DNA of 63,968 bases, the filler included. It is 9 parts of 9 records of this genome, joined end to end, with 100 filler letters (N's around TTAATTAATTAA, not from the genome) between each part and the next. Parts side by side here need not be neighbours in the genome. Positions count along the whole stretch, not along the records: positions 37,182 to 40,643 come from SRR7504441_6834; positions 40,744 to 55,473 come from SRR7504441_6835; 7 more parts are not named here. One strand, given 5' to 3'. Positions 37,655 through 49,724 of the stretch are shown here, piece by piece. The position numbers and the translations under genes are program-made. The notes beneath the pieces were generated by a model. It was not told the origin of the DNA, did not search any database, and saw nothing but the letters and a program-made list of their open reading frames with translations. The number at the start of each line of letters is the position of its first letter. Position 1 is the stretch's first letter.

Positions 37655-38170
37655 ATGGCGCGAGTGTTGAGGCTCCAGCTGCTGATCGGACTGCTGGCGG
37701 CGGCGGCTGGGGCGGACATCTTTGGGGCGGTGCAGGCGGACTCGCAGGCTGCGATCAAGCAGGCCCTACAGGCCGGCGCCTCGATCGACGCCACTGGGCC
37801 CGGCGGGCAGAGTCCGTTGATGCACGCGGTGCTCACCGGCAAGCTCCAGGCTGTCAAGTACCTGCTCCGGCGGGGGGCCGACCCGACGGTGCCCGAGAAG
37901 GACGGGTACACCCCGATGCACGGGGCCGGGTTCCAGGGACGGGCCGAGATCGCCAAGGTGCTGCTCGAGCACGGCCTGGAGGTGGATCAACGGCACTCGG
38001 ACGGGCACACGCCGCTCCAGCGGGCCTGCTGGGGCCGGGAGCAGCGGCACACGGCCACCGCCAAGGTGATGCTGGAGGCTGGAGCCTCGCTTGAGGGCGT
38101 CCAACCCGGGAGCAACCCAGCTACGGTCAAGCTGCTCCGCGAGTGGAAGCCCAGCGGCCGAGAGCTCTGA
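37655..38170 (+). CDS. Ankyrin-repeat protein with a signal peptide and KDEL-like tail
   Basis: GQSPLMHA, GYTPMHGA and GHTPLQRA; hydrophobic N-terminus; ends in GREL. Confidence 0.85.
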   Translation: MARVLRLQLLIGLLAAAAGADIFGAVQADSQAAIKQALQAGASIDATGPGGQSPLMHAVLTGKLQAVKYLLRRGADPTVPEKDGYTPMHGAGFQGRAEIAKVLLEHGLEVDQRHSDGHTPLQRACWGREQRHTATAKVMLEAGASLEGVQPGSNPATVKLLREWKPSGREL

Positions 38171-39172
38171 GCCCCCCCCAAATCGGACGTCAGCGCCGTC
38201 TGCAGCACGGCGTGTGTTGCGGTTCCATGACGAGGAAGCGCGCCCGGCATTGATTAAAGGCTCGTTTATGCGTCAGCCGGTGTCCATAGCTCTACTAACC
38301 TTACGCAACGAGCTCACGTACCGGTCTGCTCGGTCCAACTCGGCGAGGCAGCGCTCCCTCTCCTCCCTCAGCTGGATCAGCGTCACGCCCTCCACTCTCC
38401 CCGAGGCCGCGCTGGCCGACAGGCTCAGGCTATCCTCCTCTGCTAGACTCGCTCCACTCAAGCCCGCCGACTCGCCCGCACTGCTTGCATGACTGCTTGC
38501 CACACTGGACGCGGGCGATATGAAACTCAGCGAGGCCCCGCTCCTGGCCCGGCCGAGCACCGGTCCCAGCTCGCGCGCCCGCCAGCTGCGATCGCCAGAC
38601 GGGCGGCGCTTCACCATCGGCGGCCCGGACCTGCTGGATTCTAAACGACTGGCCAGCTGCAGCTGCCAGAGCGCCCGCTGGAGCGCCTGGTGCGTCCAGG
38701 CCCGGACGATTGCGGCGGCGATCAGGCCAGACCTGCCCCCCTCGCTCAGCGGCCGGCCACAGCAGCCGACCACCGGCTGTGACGCCGCCACGCGCGGAAA
38801 CAGACGGCCAGCTCTCCCAGGCCCGGTCCAGCGGGCGCCTCTGGCGGAGCTGCGCTGGCCAGTGTACGCCAGAGCTGCAGGGCAGCGGGCAGCGCGGTGG
38901 TTTGCTCGGGCGCGGCGGTTTTTGATCGAGTGCCCGAAGCTCCGCCGGGAGGGGAGGCGGCCGGGAGGGAGTGGGAGGCGGCCGGGCGGGTCCAGCGGGT
39001 GAGCATCGAGGCCTTGGTGGTGGCGATGGTCGCCTTGGCCGCAGCGATCGCGTTGCGCACGTCCAGGGTCCGCGGCCACTCCCGTGGGGGGCACGACGCG
39101 CTCCGGCGCCGCGGCCCAGGACCTGCAGCCATTTTCAAGCGTCGAGCTGCACCGCGCCAAGCTTGATCGACG

Positions 39173-40117
39173 ATGGAAGCGTCGAGCTGCTCTGGGTTTG
39201 TGCAGTCGCCCGAGGGTTTCACCAGCCGGCAGCCGTTTGTGCCGGACTCGCCCTCGCCCTCCTGCTCGCCAGAGAAGCTGCAGCTCCGACTGCCCACCGC
39301 CGGGCTCGACCCCAACGCCGCCAGCTTCGCCCCGCCGACCCGGCAACCCGACCCCCCGGCCCCAAACCCGCGCCCAGCCCGCGAGCCCAAGCCGGCCCGG
39401 CCCGATCGGCGTGCTCGCCGGCCAGCCGGAGAGCCGCTCAAAGTGCGGCCCGGGCGGGGGGTTGTAGGCGAGTGGTCTGTAGGTGCGGGACCCGGCAAAG
39501 GAGGCCGAGCTGGACGCCAAGATGTCGGAGCTCCGCCGGGCCAACGCGCTGCGCGAGGACCGGCGGAAGGCGCGGCTGGCCGGTGCACGGGGTGAGGTGC
39601 GGGGCAGGAGGTGGAGCGCGAGAAGCGGATGGAGATGGAGGCGGACAGGCTGGCCGAGGAGCCCGAAGAAGAGTGGGTACCGGGCAAGTGCGGGCGGGAC
39701 GATAGGCGGTACCCGGGGCCGAGGGAGAAAGGCGGCGGGCGAGGTGCGCTCGGCTGGGTGGACGGACCCTAACCCAGGGATAGGTAAGGGGAAGGGCGCA
39801 CGGAGAGGTCCAAGGGAGCGGCAGCCAGAGAGGTCGAGGCAGGAGGAGACTGCGGATGAGAAGCGGTGGAGGAAGGAGAGGGAAGCAGTGGACAAGGCGC
39901 GGATTGCGCGGCACCAGGCGAAGGGAGCCGACGGCAAACTCAAGTGCTGGGTCCGGGCTGCTGGGCGTGATGGGTGGGAAGGTGGCAGAGGGAGTGGGAC
40001 GAGGACAAGGAAGTGCAGCCGGAGGCCCCGAGGCAGCGCGGGACTGGCCGGGTTGAGTACCAGCGGTGCGAGGAGGAGGCGCGTGCCTGGGCTGGGCCGG
40101 GCGAGCCGGGGCTGTAG
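39173..40117 (+). CDS. CCDC9-like protein with a PAM2-like motif
   Basis: LDPNAASFAP (PAM2 consensus LxxxAxxFxP), ELDAKMSELRRAN, and spliced RWRKEREAVDKARIARH..K|WQREWDEDK resembling the CCDC9 conserved block. Introns at 39744-39783 and 39944-39981. Confidence 0.6.
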
Positions 40118-40528
40118 GTGTGAGTGTGTGGATGGATTTGATGTTTACAACATGACCGGAGTCGTGCGTGTGTTTCAATAGTGAGTCGAAGCAGACATGT
40201 GATCATCAGGCCAAGTGCAAGATATGCAAGATGGCTAATACTTATCAATGTGTGGCTGTGTGACTGTTGTGTGACTGTCATTACATTTATTCATCTAATT
40301 GTGCCTTTAGAGCGAGGGCCGGGTTGCAATCGAATCGCACGTGTTGAATTGTCGTTGAGCGTGTTTAGAGCGTCTGGGATATACCGTCCGTCCCTCTCCC
40401 CGACCGGCCGCCACCCAACCACAACCGACACAACGCTAGATCTATGTACAGTACCGGTACAGTACCGGTCACGGTACAATCAGTCACTGACAGCTGTTCA
40501 AACACACACGATTCGGACACACACCCAG

Positions 40529-40643
40529 ATGGTGCATGTCGGCGAGCGGGTGTCGGTGGAGCGAGGCAGTTGCACCGGCCATCGCGGGACGGTCCGTGCG
40601 CTCTGCCGCTTCGCCTCGCGCGACTGGGTCGGCGTCGAGCTGG
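40529..40643 (+). CDS. CAP-Gly domain fragment, truncated by the linker
   Basis: VGERVSV..RGTVR..FAS.DWVGVEL. Confidence 0.55.
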
Positions 40644-40851
40644 NNNNNNNNNNNNNNNNNNNNNNNNNNNNNNNNNNNNNNNNNNNNTTAATTAATTAAN
40701 NNNNNNNNNNNNNNNNNNNNNNNNNNNNNNNNNNNNNNNNNNNTTTCTGAAAACTCAGTCTGCAGGCGCCGTACGGGCTTGTATTGCATTTTAGTAGCGC
40801 GCCACGGCGGCCACGGGCGTGAACACCCACTGAGCGGCCCCTGGCCAGACA

Positions 40852-43492
40852 ATGATATACCCGGACGACCTGGTCCGGGCGGTAGGGGTGAGGCGACCGG
40901 CTGGCGATACGCGCTGATCCGGCCGGGCCAGAACGACTCGGGCGAGCTGGGCTGGGTGTGCTGCCTGGGCGACGAGGGCGAGGAGACCCCAGTGAACGCG
41001 CACGTGTTTTGGCACCGCGAGGAGGACAACGAGACGGTGGAGAGCCTGGATGCGCTCCAGGTGGTCGATCGATGCGCCCTGCTCCCCGGTGCCCTCACGC
41101 GTGCACCGGCGCGTGAGCTCGGGGCAGGGGACGTGGTGCGACGGGCGGGCGGGACGGAGATAGGCCAGGTGCTCCGTACCAGCCAGCGGCTGGAGCTCAA
41201 GGTGTGCCGCCAGCAGGCGCTGGCCCACGTGCGGGCAGCGGACCGACACTGGCGAGCGGCACGAGCGAGTCCCAGGCAGCGACTTGAAAATGATGCTGGC
41301 TGTCGAGAAGGGCTGCTGCGTCGCCCGGCAGGACCTGCTCGGCCGAGTGCTCTCCTGGGTGCGGTCCGGCCAGTGGGGCCACGCGAGCGGTGCGGCGCAG
41401 GAGGAAGACGTGACGGTGGAGCTGGACAACGGTGCCAAATGCAAGGCACCCTCCAGCTGCTCGGGGGCCTGCGAGCCGCGCGGCAGGTCAGGAGCGCCAA
41501 AGCGAGCAGCCTGGTGCCGTTCGACCACTATTTCCAGCAGTTTTCGCCGTATTTCCCAGGCAGGCCGCCCGTGCCGCTGCTTGCGACTGGGTGCGCAGGG
41601 ATGCACGTCACGTGTCTGCCGGAGGTGCTAGCTGAGGCTGAATGGCTCGAAGGCAACGCCAAGGCCGGCGGGAACAGCGGGGTGGTGCGTGTGGTCGAGA
41701 TCAGCTCGGTGGAGGTTGAGTGGTTCGCTTCGCTCACGGCTGCGGAGCTCCAGGCGATCTCGTTTCACCCGCTTTCCGAGCTGATCATGTGACTCCCTTC
41801 TAGGGCTAGGGTTAGGTTTAGGGCCCGCCCGCGCTGTCTGCTCACCGGCCTGGGCCCAGCATGGAGAACGAGATCGGCTCTCTGTGGCACCTGGGCCAGC
41901 ACGCGCTGTACGAGGGGCACTGCGTCGAAGTGACTGGGATCGATACCAGTGTGGACGTGCTCTGGGAGCAAGGCGAGAAGCAGCTGGCTCTGCCGGCCCG
42001 CAGCCTGCTCTTCGGGGCGCTCGGGCCACACGGGGTGCTCCCCAACGACATTGTGGCTGACAGCGGGGCCCACGAGCAGTACCGGTTTGGGAGTGTAGTC
42101 GCAGTTGACCCAACCAGCCGGATGGCGACCGTCGATTGGGGAGAGCAGAGCTCTGAACACAGCATGTTCGATCTCGAAGTGCAGCGGCACCTTTGCTTCC
42201 GGTGCTACGACATTGTGATCCGAGTGGGCGACCCGGTCCGTCCGGACAGCGCTCTGGGTGGTGGCTGGCCTGCTGGCTTAGAGCATGAGTCTGGCGCAGG
42301 AGAGTGGACTGTGGAGCAGATGCACACCCGGTGCGGGCAGGTAGTGGCGGTGCGGCGCGGGGCGTGTGAGGTCAAGTGGCTGGACGGGTCCACCTCGACT
42401 GAGGCACCCCAGTCGCTCCACATGCTCATCACGGATAATGAGTACGACGAGATGGATCCTCAGCAGCTCCAGCCGACTCCACTGCCCGACCACGAGCAGC
42501 TTGTATGGGACCAACTGGCCGACTGGTGGCACGCCGCGGTGCTCGGACTGCTCCAGCCCTGGGCACTCATCTGGGGCTGGCTCACTGCGCTGCTCGCTTC
42601 AGGCCAACACCCAGTACACGAGCTGCCAGCCGCAGACCCGGAGCAGGCAACAGAGCCAGAACCGGTGCCAGAGCCGGCCGCAGAGCCGGAGCAGTCGTGG
42701 GAGGCCGGGATGGCCAACTCCAGTCAGTCGGAGCCGGAGGAGCAGTTTGAGCTGCTGCCAGAGGTCTGTGAAGGCCATCTGCTGGCGGAGGGCGGGCAGC
42801 GGCCAGAGGCAGGCGATTGGGTCAAGAGCGCGAACCGCGAGTGGCGGATCCTGCGGAAGGGTCTGCCGGACCAGCTGTACGTGCGAGCATTCGAGGACCG
42901 GATGGACCTGCTCCGGGCGTACGTCCCTGGCGCGAGCAAGACTCCGTATGAGGGTGGGCTGTTCGTATTCGACATTGGACTTTCGGCCGACTTTCCAAAC
43001 TCCGCTCCTAGTGTGCTCTTCTGGAGCTTTGGCCGGAGCATAAACCCAAACCTGTATGAGAACGGCAAGGTGTGCCTCTCTCTGCTCAACACGTGGCGTG
43101 GGCGGGCGGAGCAGATGTGGAGCCCGGGAAAGTCGACGCTGCTGCAGGTTCTGGTGTCGATCCAGAGCTTGATCCTGGTGCCCGAGCCCTACTTCAACGA
43201 GCCCGGGCTGGAGGCCGAGCGGGGCACGCCAGAGGGCACCCAATCCTCCGCCCTATATAATGAGAGCGCCCGAGTGCTCACGCTGCAGATTATGCTGCAG
43301 ACACTGACCGATCCAGTGCTAAGGCAGGACCCAGTGGTGCAGCAGCACTTTAGATCACATGCCAAGGCGCTGGTGGAGGCGTGTCAAGCGGATTCTCTGG
43401 ACGAGAACTTTAGCGAGGGGTTTAGATCTTCCATGGCCAGGCTACTGCCGGAGCTAAGAAAGACATTAGAGGAGTCATTAGATATTCACTGA
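40852..43492 (+). CDS. UBE2O/UBC23-like E2/E3 hybrid ubiquitin-conjugating enzyme
   Basis: UBC domain EDRMDLLRA..TPYEGGLF.FD..NPNLYENGKVCLSLLNTW..STLLQVLVSIQ.LIL..PYFNEPG. Introns at 40882-40931, 41202-41238, 41446-41486 (GC), 41560-41598 (GC) and 41789-41859. Confidence 0.9.
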
Positions 43493-43782
43493 GGCACAAT
43501 AGAACGACGTATAGTAAAAGTTAACGACCGAGCAACAATATTCAATATAATTCAGTTGTACATGTGCACAACCAATTGATGTTCGTACCTGTAGCCACTG
43601 TGGTCCGTATACTTTGTACGTATCCAGACTGAGATATACATGTACTTTGAGTTTTTAATCTATAATTCGATATCGATAATCATTTGCAATACAACGGATA
43701 CAAGCAAAGTCTTGTGAATCGGATTTCAGACTGCCAGATCTACGAAAACAATCTTGCCATGATGCTGGGTTGAGTTGACTTC

Positions 43783-45635
43783 CTATTCTGCGGAGCTCTC
43801 CATAGTAAGCACATGAGTCGTATTGAATACATCATCTTGCGACCGTCCGCCAAACACAAACACCCTCGTCTTGCCGTCCTCACCAGAGCTGCTGCAGCTC
43901 GCATGCCCTGCCCGGCCACCCATCGGACCCAACCCGTCGGCTGCCAACTCATGCCAGTGCCTCGACTTGAGCTGGAGCGCGCGGAGAGTCGAGAAGGCCG
44001 CAGGTGAGCTGTCGTCGTCTTTGTCTTCGCTTGAGGGCTCAGCCATAGGGTCCCAGCCACCGTATGTGAGCATGATGCCGTCCACCAGGCTCGCGGTATG
44101 CCCCGTCACGGGCTGCTGCCCGGCCCCTGTCATCTCGGGGTGCTCCCAGGTCCAGCTGCCCATGCCGATGGTGTGCACCTTCTTGAAGGACTTCTCCTTG
44201 TTATTGCCGCCAAACACCATCAGGCTGCCGTTGGTATGCAGCATGCTGTGGTACGACCGAGGGAACGGAGCCACCCCAGAGGTGTGCGGGTGCGACCAGT
44301 TCCAGCGCACCGTGTCGAGTAGGTAAAGATCGTTCAGCCACTTGCGCCCGCCCATCCCACCAAACACCACCATTTGCTTGCCCACCAGGCAGCTTGCCAT
44401 CCCGGCCCGTGGTGACGGCGGCTTCCCCTTGGTGCTCGGCTCGAACCATATCTGGCCCACCAGTCGGGCAGCCCGCGGACCTAGCCCACCTTGGACCCGA
44501 TGTCCAGCACCTCGAGCGAGTTCAGGCACCGGCGCTCTCCTGTCTGCTCGTCCGAATTCTCCCCGCCAAACACCACAAGCCAGGGCTCATGGTCGAGCAC
44601 AGCGGCTGCGTGCCAGGCCCGGGGCGCGCTCATCCCGGCCCTCGACTTGGTCCATGAGCCTGCCAGCCGCTCCACACCCGGCGGGCGGCCCGCGCACAGC
44701 TGTTGAGAGAGAGTACGTGCAGGTCGTCCAGCTGCTCGTCTTGGCTGTTCAGCCCTCCAACCACGTACACCGCGTCCTCGGCTTTGACGTAGCAGCCGGT
44801 GCAGCCCCATCGCTCGCTCGGAAACTGGCCTCGCGTCACCAGCTCTGCCCAGCACGCCGTGCCTGTCCCGGCTCAGCCCCGGCCGCGCGGCCTCTGGCAC
44901 CTGTCGGCCGCGCCAGTTTGCTGTCCGATTCCGGCTCGGCCTCGCGCGGCCTCTTGGCAAGCGAAGAGATCTTGGCCTGCGACAGAGCTCAGAGCACGCC
45001 CTAAGCTGTCGACTACCTGCCGGGCCGCTGCCGCCGTGCGTGGTTGCCGCGTCGGCACGACGCTGCCATTGTCCTGTAGAGGGCGGCTAGGAGCCGGGGG
45101 CGCCGGTGACCGGGGGCACCTTCTCGTTGGTGACTGGCTGCTGCTTGGCCGACTGCTTGGCTTTCTGGTCCGAGACGATGTTGTCGAGCAGAGACCTGCG
45201 CCCGGCTCGCCGGCTCCCGCTCAGGCCTGCCCACCGGCCAGCCGTCGGCTCCGGCAGCCCCGACATCCTCGGCTTCTGCTGGCCCAGCGGCAGCGACTCG
45301 GACGGGTCTGTCGGCTGCTGCGAGCGCGAGCCGCTCGACTGGGCCTCAAGCGCGGGCGCCGGCTTGAGCAGCGCGGGGGCCGGCTGGGGGTCCGGGCTCT
45401 CGTTGAGCAGCGCGGCCACGCACGGGTCCTGCGTGTCCCAGCGGTACGGCCGGTTGCGGCTGCTCTGGGGAGACATGGCCTCGGCCGGGGCCGAGGACGG
45501 TGTTAGCCCGATCTCGCCTGTGAAGTTCTCGAATTTGAGCGCCAGCGCGCCGGATTTGAACGAGACGGCCACCCCCGCCGGGAGCTGGAGCGTCACGCCC
45601 TCATACTCGAGCTGCTGCCCGCCGGTGGAGCTCAT
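43783..45635 (-). CDS. Kelch-repeat beta-propeller protein
   Basis: Repeated PS.R.GH/YH..VFGG..ND..W motifs. Intron at 44452-44489 and another at about 44660-44700. Confidence 0.85.
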
Positions 45636-45887
45636 CTTGTTCCGGGAAAGACCTGCGGCCAGCGCCCCCGCTCGGCAGCAGCCCCGGGCAGGTGAGCACC
45701 TCTGTCAGCTGACTGTCCCGCCACCCAGCCGGTTTGAAACACTTCACGACCACGACTTATTTTATTACTATTCTTAGCTCGACAAGCACAGGGGATCCCG
45801 TGGAATGTGGGGGGTGCCACCGTTCCACGGGCCGCACCCGATTGGAGCTCGCGCCATCCCGGACCATTCACGCGCCGTCCTCCTGGC

Positions 45888-47383
45888 CATGGCGCGCCGG
45901 GAGGACGGCGGGTGGGAGATCCGGGATGACGTGAGCTCCAACAGCGACAAATGGGCCGACCTGACGGTGGTGCTGGTCGGTAGCCTGGGCTGTGCGGTGG
46001 CACTCGGCTGCTTCCTGCTGAGCTGCTACGTCATGAGCCGCCCGGCGGTGGCGTGGCGCTGGAGCCGGATCGAGAACTGGGCGATCGCGCGGAGCCTGGA
46101 CAGCGAGCTGAGCATCTCCGACACGCGCACCCGGGTGCGGCTCCAGGCGTTCGTGGCCAAGGCCGCGGTGATCGGGTGCCCGCTGGTGCTGGTCGGGTCG
46201 GGCGTGGCTCTGTGGGCGGGCGATCTCCGGGCTTACCTGGGCCTTGCGCTCGCAGTGACGCTGCCGGCGGTGCTCGTTATTACCGGCGTCACCCTGTGCG
46301 CGCGGCAGTTTGTGCCCTGGGATGCCGATGGCTGGTACTGGGGCCAGTCGCTCTTCGCCAGCTATTGTGCGCTGATGGGCGCGCAGTTTGCACTGATGCA
46401 GCAGCACGACGTGGGGCTGTTCACAATGAACAACCTGTACATAGGATGCCTGTCTTCGGTGCTCTTCTCGTTCCACTGCTTCTCATACTCGAGAATCTCA
46501 AAGTGCCATTCTGCTCCTCCAAGCCCTACCAAAGCAAGCCCTGAATTTTTTTCACACAAAAATGCCAAGCGTATCTCCGAAACCTTTATGGCACATGTGG
46601 AATCACGAGTCAGTTGGATGGTAACATCAAAAGCTTTTAGACATCTGACTGCAGTAATTCTTTTCTGGATGGTGGTTCTGGTTGCAGTCGCCGCAACAAC
46701 TCCTGATATTGGTGGCTCCCATCTTGAAATGATTCCAATGGTACAACTCCAATCGGAGATACACCAATGTGAGTACTGGGGCTGTGGCCAGGCTGAGTGT
46801 GCTGGGCTGGCAGATACCTTTGCGTGGGTGGTATGCCTATTGATTCCGCCACACTTCTTGTTGATGATTGTTATGATTCGCTTTGAGTATTTGCCAGACA
46901 CCACTCTGGAGAGAGATTATCCGTGGTTTGAGATCTCCATGTGCATTATTGTGAGCGTGGCATGTGCGATCACCATGAGCAGAGCACTGGAAGGGTCTAT
47001 CACAGAGCTGGCAGCCTATATTCTTTGTGGCCTCTTGCCAGTGGACCTAATCTTTCAAGTCATGCAAAGGCGCAGGTTTCGAATTCAGGACTATCGTCAG
47101 GCAAATAAAGGAGCAGCAATTTCTGGACAGGGCAAAGTTGGTGCAGATGGAAGAAGAGGTCCATTTCCGCGCCCAGCAGATCAGGGACAGAGAAAAAGCT
47201 GCCGATGATGCAGTTTATCAGCAGCAGGCCAAGTTAGCTAAGGCTAAAGGTTGGGATACCTCAAGAAATGTCGCAACCAATGAGATTGTTTTTACAAAGA
47301 TGAGGTCAGGTGAGATGGATGTGAGGTATGGATTTGCTGAGCACTTGCCGATACCCGATGTGACGGTTGACCATCAATGCTAA
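45888..47383 (+). CDS. Multi-pass membrane protein, hypothetical (+1 frame break near 47075-47100)
   Basis: About 9 hydrophobic segments; a coiled-coil-like tail continues in the +1 frame. Confidence 0.55.
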
Positions 47384-47687
47384 GCCAGCAGGGGCGACGA
47401 CCCTAGATGAAGCAGGCAATCTAGATGGAGGGAATTCAATCATAGAGTTGGAACGATGGAGAGGGTTTGACGAGTCGGGGCTGCCCGTAAAGCGGACGTC
47501 AAGTGACCCTGTTGCAGATTTGCAAGTAGGGGTTTCAGCTTAGTATTTACTTGTACTGCGTACATAGTAATTATATCTTAAATGTACGTACAATCAACCC
47601 ATGGTTATTTTATTACAAATCATGATACTGGCTCGGTCAAAGACATTCCTCACTGATTAGCATAGGCGAAGGTGTTGACCATTCGGA

Positions 47688-49207
47688 TCAGTGTGCTGGG
47701 TGCAGGAAACTCCTGGGGCTCTCATCGAGCTGCCCGAGCGAGTCATGCTCAAGCAATGGCTCGTTCCCAGTCGGCCTTCTCGCCTGCTCCGGAGATGGCC
47801 GGGCCTGTGGATTAAAACCCGAGTTTCGGCTATGCAGCCGGGCGGTGGTGCCGGCTGGGGAGCACAGGGCAGCGTCCTCCGCGAGATCGGCACCGCGCCA
47901 GGAGAGAGTCACCCGCAGGTGGGGGATCACCTCATGCTCCGCCTGCCAGTGCTGTTGCTGGTCAGCCGCAACATGCGAGTTGCGCCTGCTCAGCACGCCT
48001 ATCCCGAAAAGCGAGATGAAGATGCCTACTGAGAAGAGGATCGCGTTGAGCCCGTGCAGGCTACGGTACTCTTGGTAGAAGATGAGACCGTTGGCAATCC
48101 CTATCACAATCCAAAAGCTCTGGTACACTGGGATCACGAACAGCGAATCCTGGTAAATGTGCAGCGCCTTGTTCAGGAAGGTGATTTGGAACCCTAGCGT
48201 GATCACAGTGGGCAGCAGGAACACGAAGGTCATGGCCCATGAGAAGCCAGTATCGTTGCCCTGTATAGCGTTCTTAAAACACATCAGCGTAGCCTTAGCA
48301 AACATAATCGTGTAGGACCCGCTGGTGCCCGCGAACGCGGCGTGCAGCCCGGGGTAGAACTGGGGCCCGAGCCCCGTCACAAACGGCCAATCGTTGCAGC
48401 ACTTGTCTTGGATCGGTACAGGCTCTATCAGCTCAAGGTGAGCCCAAGCCCAGACACACTCAAAAGTATTCCGTGGACAGACGCCCGCCGCCAAGCACGC
48501 TCGCTTCTTGAGCGTGAATCCTCGGATCAGCACCAGCGCGGTGCACACCAGCGCCATCATGGCCGTGAAGAAGAGGATGAATACAATCTGTTTAAAGTAC
48601 TCGGTCAGACAGCGCGAGCTGACCTCTGGCTCGGAGCCGGCCCCGAATACTGTGGTCAGCATCGCCCCGACCACGATGATCGCGCAGCCCACCAGATCGT
48701 ACTTGGTCAGCTGCCCCACAACTCGGCCGGTGGCCGCCGGGCGGGGTTGCCTTTTCTCCTAGGAACAGCGGAGTGATGATCACATTGGCAATGAGCGTGC
48801 ACGAGCCCAGGGCCGAGGCGCGGGACTGGGGAACGAACGGGAGCGCGATGATGTCGAGCACGCTGGAGAGCACCATAGTGCCCATCCCGATCCACCATCG
48901 CCAGGAGAGCACCATCGGCTTGCGCTCGGCGTGGGGGAGCTTCGCCATCTTAGTATGCGCCTGCACCGCCGGGTTATCCGGAGAGGCGTGAGCCAAACAC
49001 CAGCTTCTGCAGGTTGACCGCCAGGCAGCCCAGGAAGCACCCGACTACGATCATTCCGGTGCCCACCAGCTCGAGGGTAGTCGAAACCGTCTCCTCGCTG
49101 TCGCTGTCGTGCCGGCACTGGTCTTCCGCGTCGTCCCCCGACTGGCCCGAGGCCAGCCCGACCAATGCCAGCCAAACCAGCCCGGTGAACGCTCCTGCAA
49201 GCGCCAT
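47688..49207 (-). CDS. NIPA-family magnesium transporter (DMT superfamily)
   Basis: VNLQKL|AH, WWIGM, ALPFVPQS..SALGS, FLGEK|L, QITFLNKAL and IPVYQSFW..G.IFYQEY. Introns at 48961-49000 and 48711-48750 (GC). Confidence 0.88.
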
Positions 49208-49314
49208 AATGGCGCCGCGGAGATGACCTCGACGGCAACGGATTAATATTTTTGACGCACGGACGCACATAGCTTCCTTGAGGTCCCGCGGGCCCGGGGG
49301 GGCTGTAGGGCGCG

Positions 49315-49644
49315 ATGACTGTGGTTCTGGAGAGCGGGGAGCTGGTGTCGGAGGACGACGAGCGGGCCAAGGCCTGGCGCCGAGCCAACAACCGGCCGGC
49401 GGAGGGCCCCGGGGAGCGGCAGCAGCTGCTGAGACGGTCGAGCCAGGAGCAGGGATGGGAGCCGGACCGGGTCAACCACTCACACCACAGCTTGCTCTGC
49501 TGCCTGAGCTGCGGGCTGTGGCTGCCCTGTTGGATATCCGCCTGCGCCTGTGGGTGCCCAGCTCTAGACTGCTGGGACCCAGAGCCACTAGGGCAGATGG
49601 GGGGGGCGCGGGCTTATCAACAGCCACCCGGCCAAGTGCGCTGA
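49315..49644 (+). CDS. Small Cys-rich membrane-associated protein
   Basis: VNHSHHSLLCCLSCGLWLPCWISACACGCP hydrophobic, Cys-rich segment. Confidence 0.5.
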   Translation: MTVVLESGELVSEDDERAKAWRRANNRPAEGPGERQQLLRRSSQEQGWEPDRVNHSHHSLLCCLSCGLWLPCWISACACGCPALDCWDPEPLGQMGGARAYQQPPGQVR

Positions 49645-49724
49645 GGCGGCGAAATGGCCACCAAACAATGTACCTGTATATCTATATGTAACACCAATAA
49701 ATAGTTTAAGTGAATCAAACCGGC

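Noticed and set aside
38273-39943. 556-aa minus-strand ORF and many other long overlapping ORFs
   Set aside because: These are mostly shadow ORFs caused by high GC. The upper part is antisense to the CCDC9-like gene. A real gene may occupy ~38273-39080, but I could not model it.
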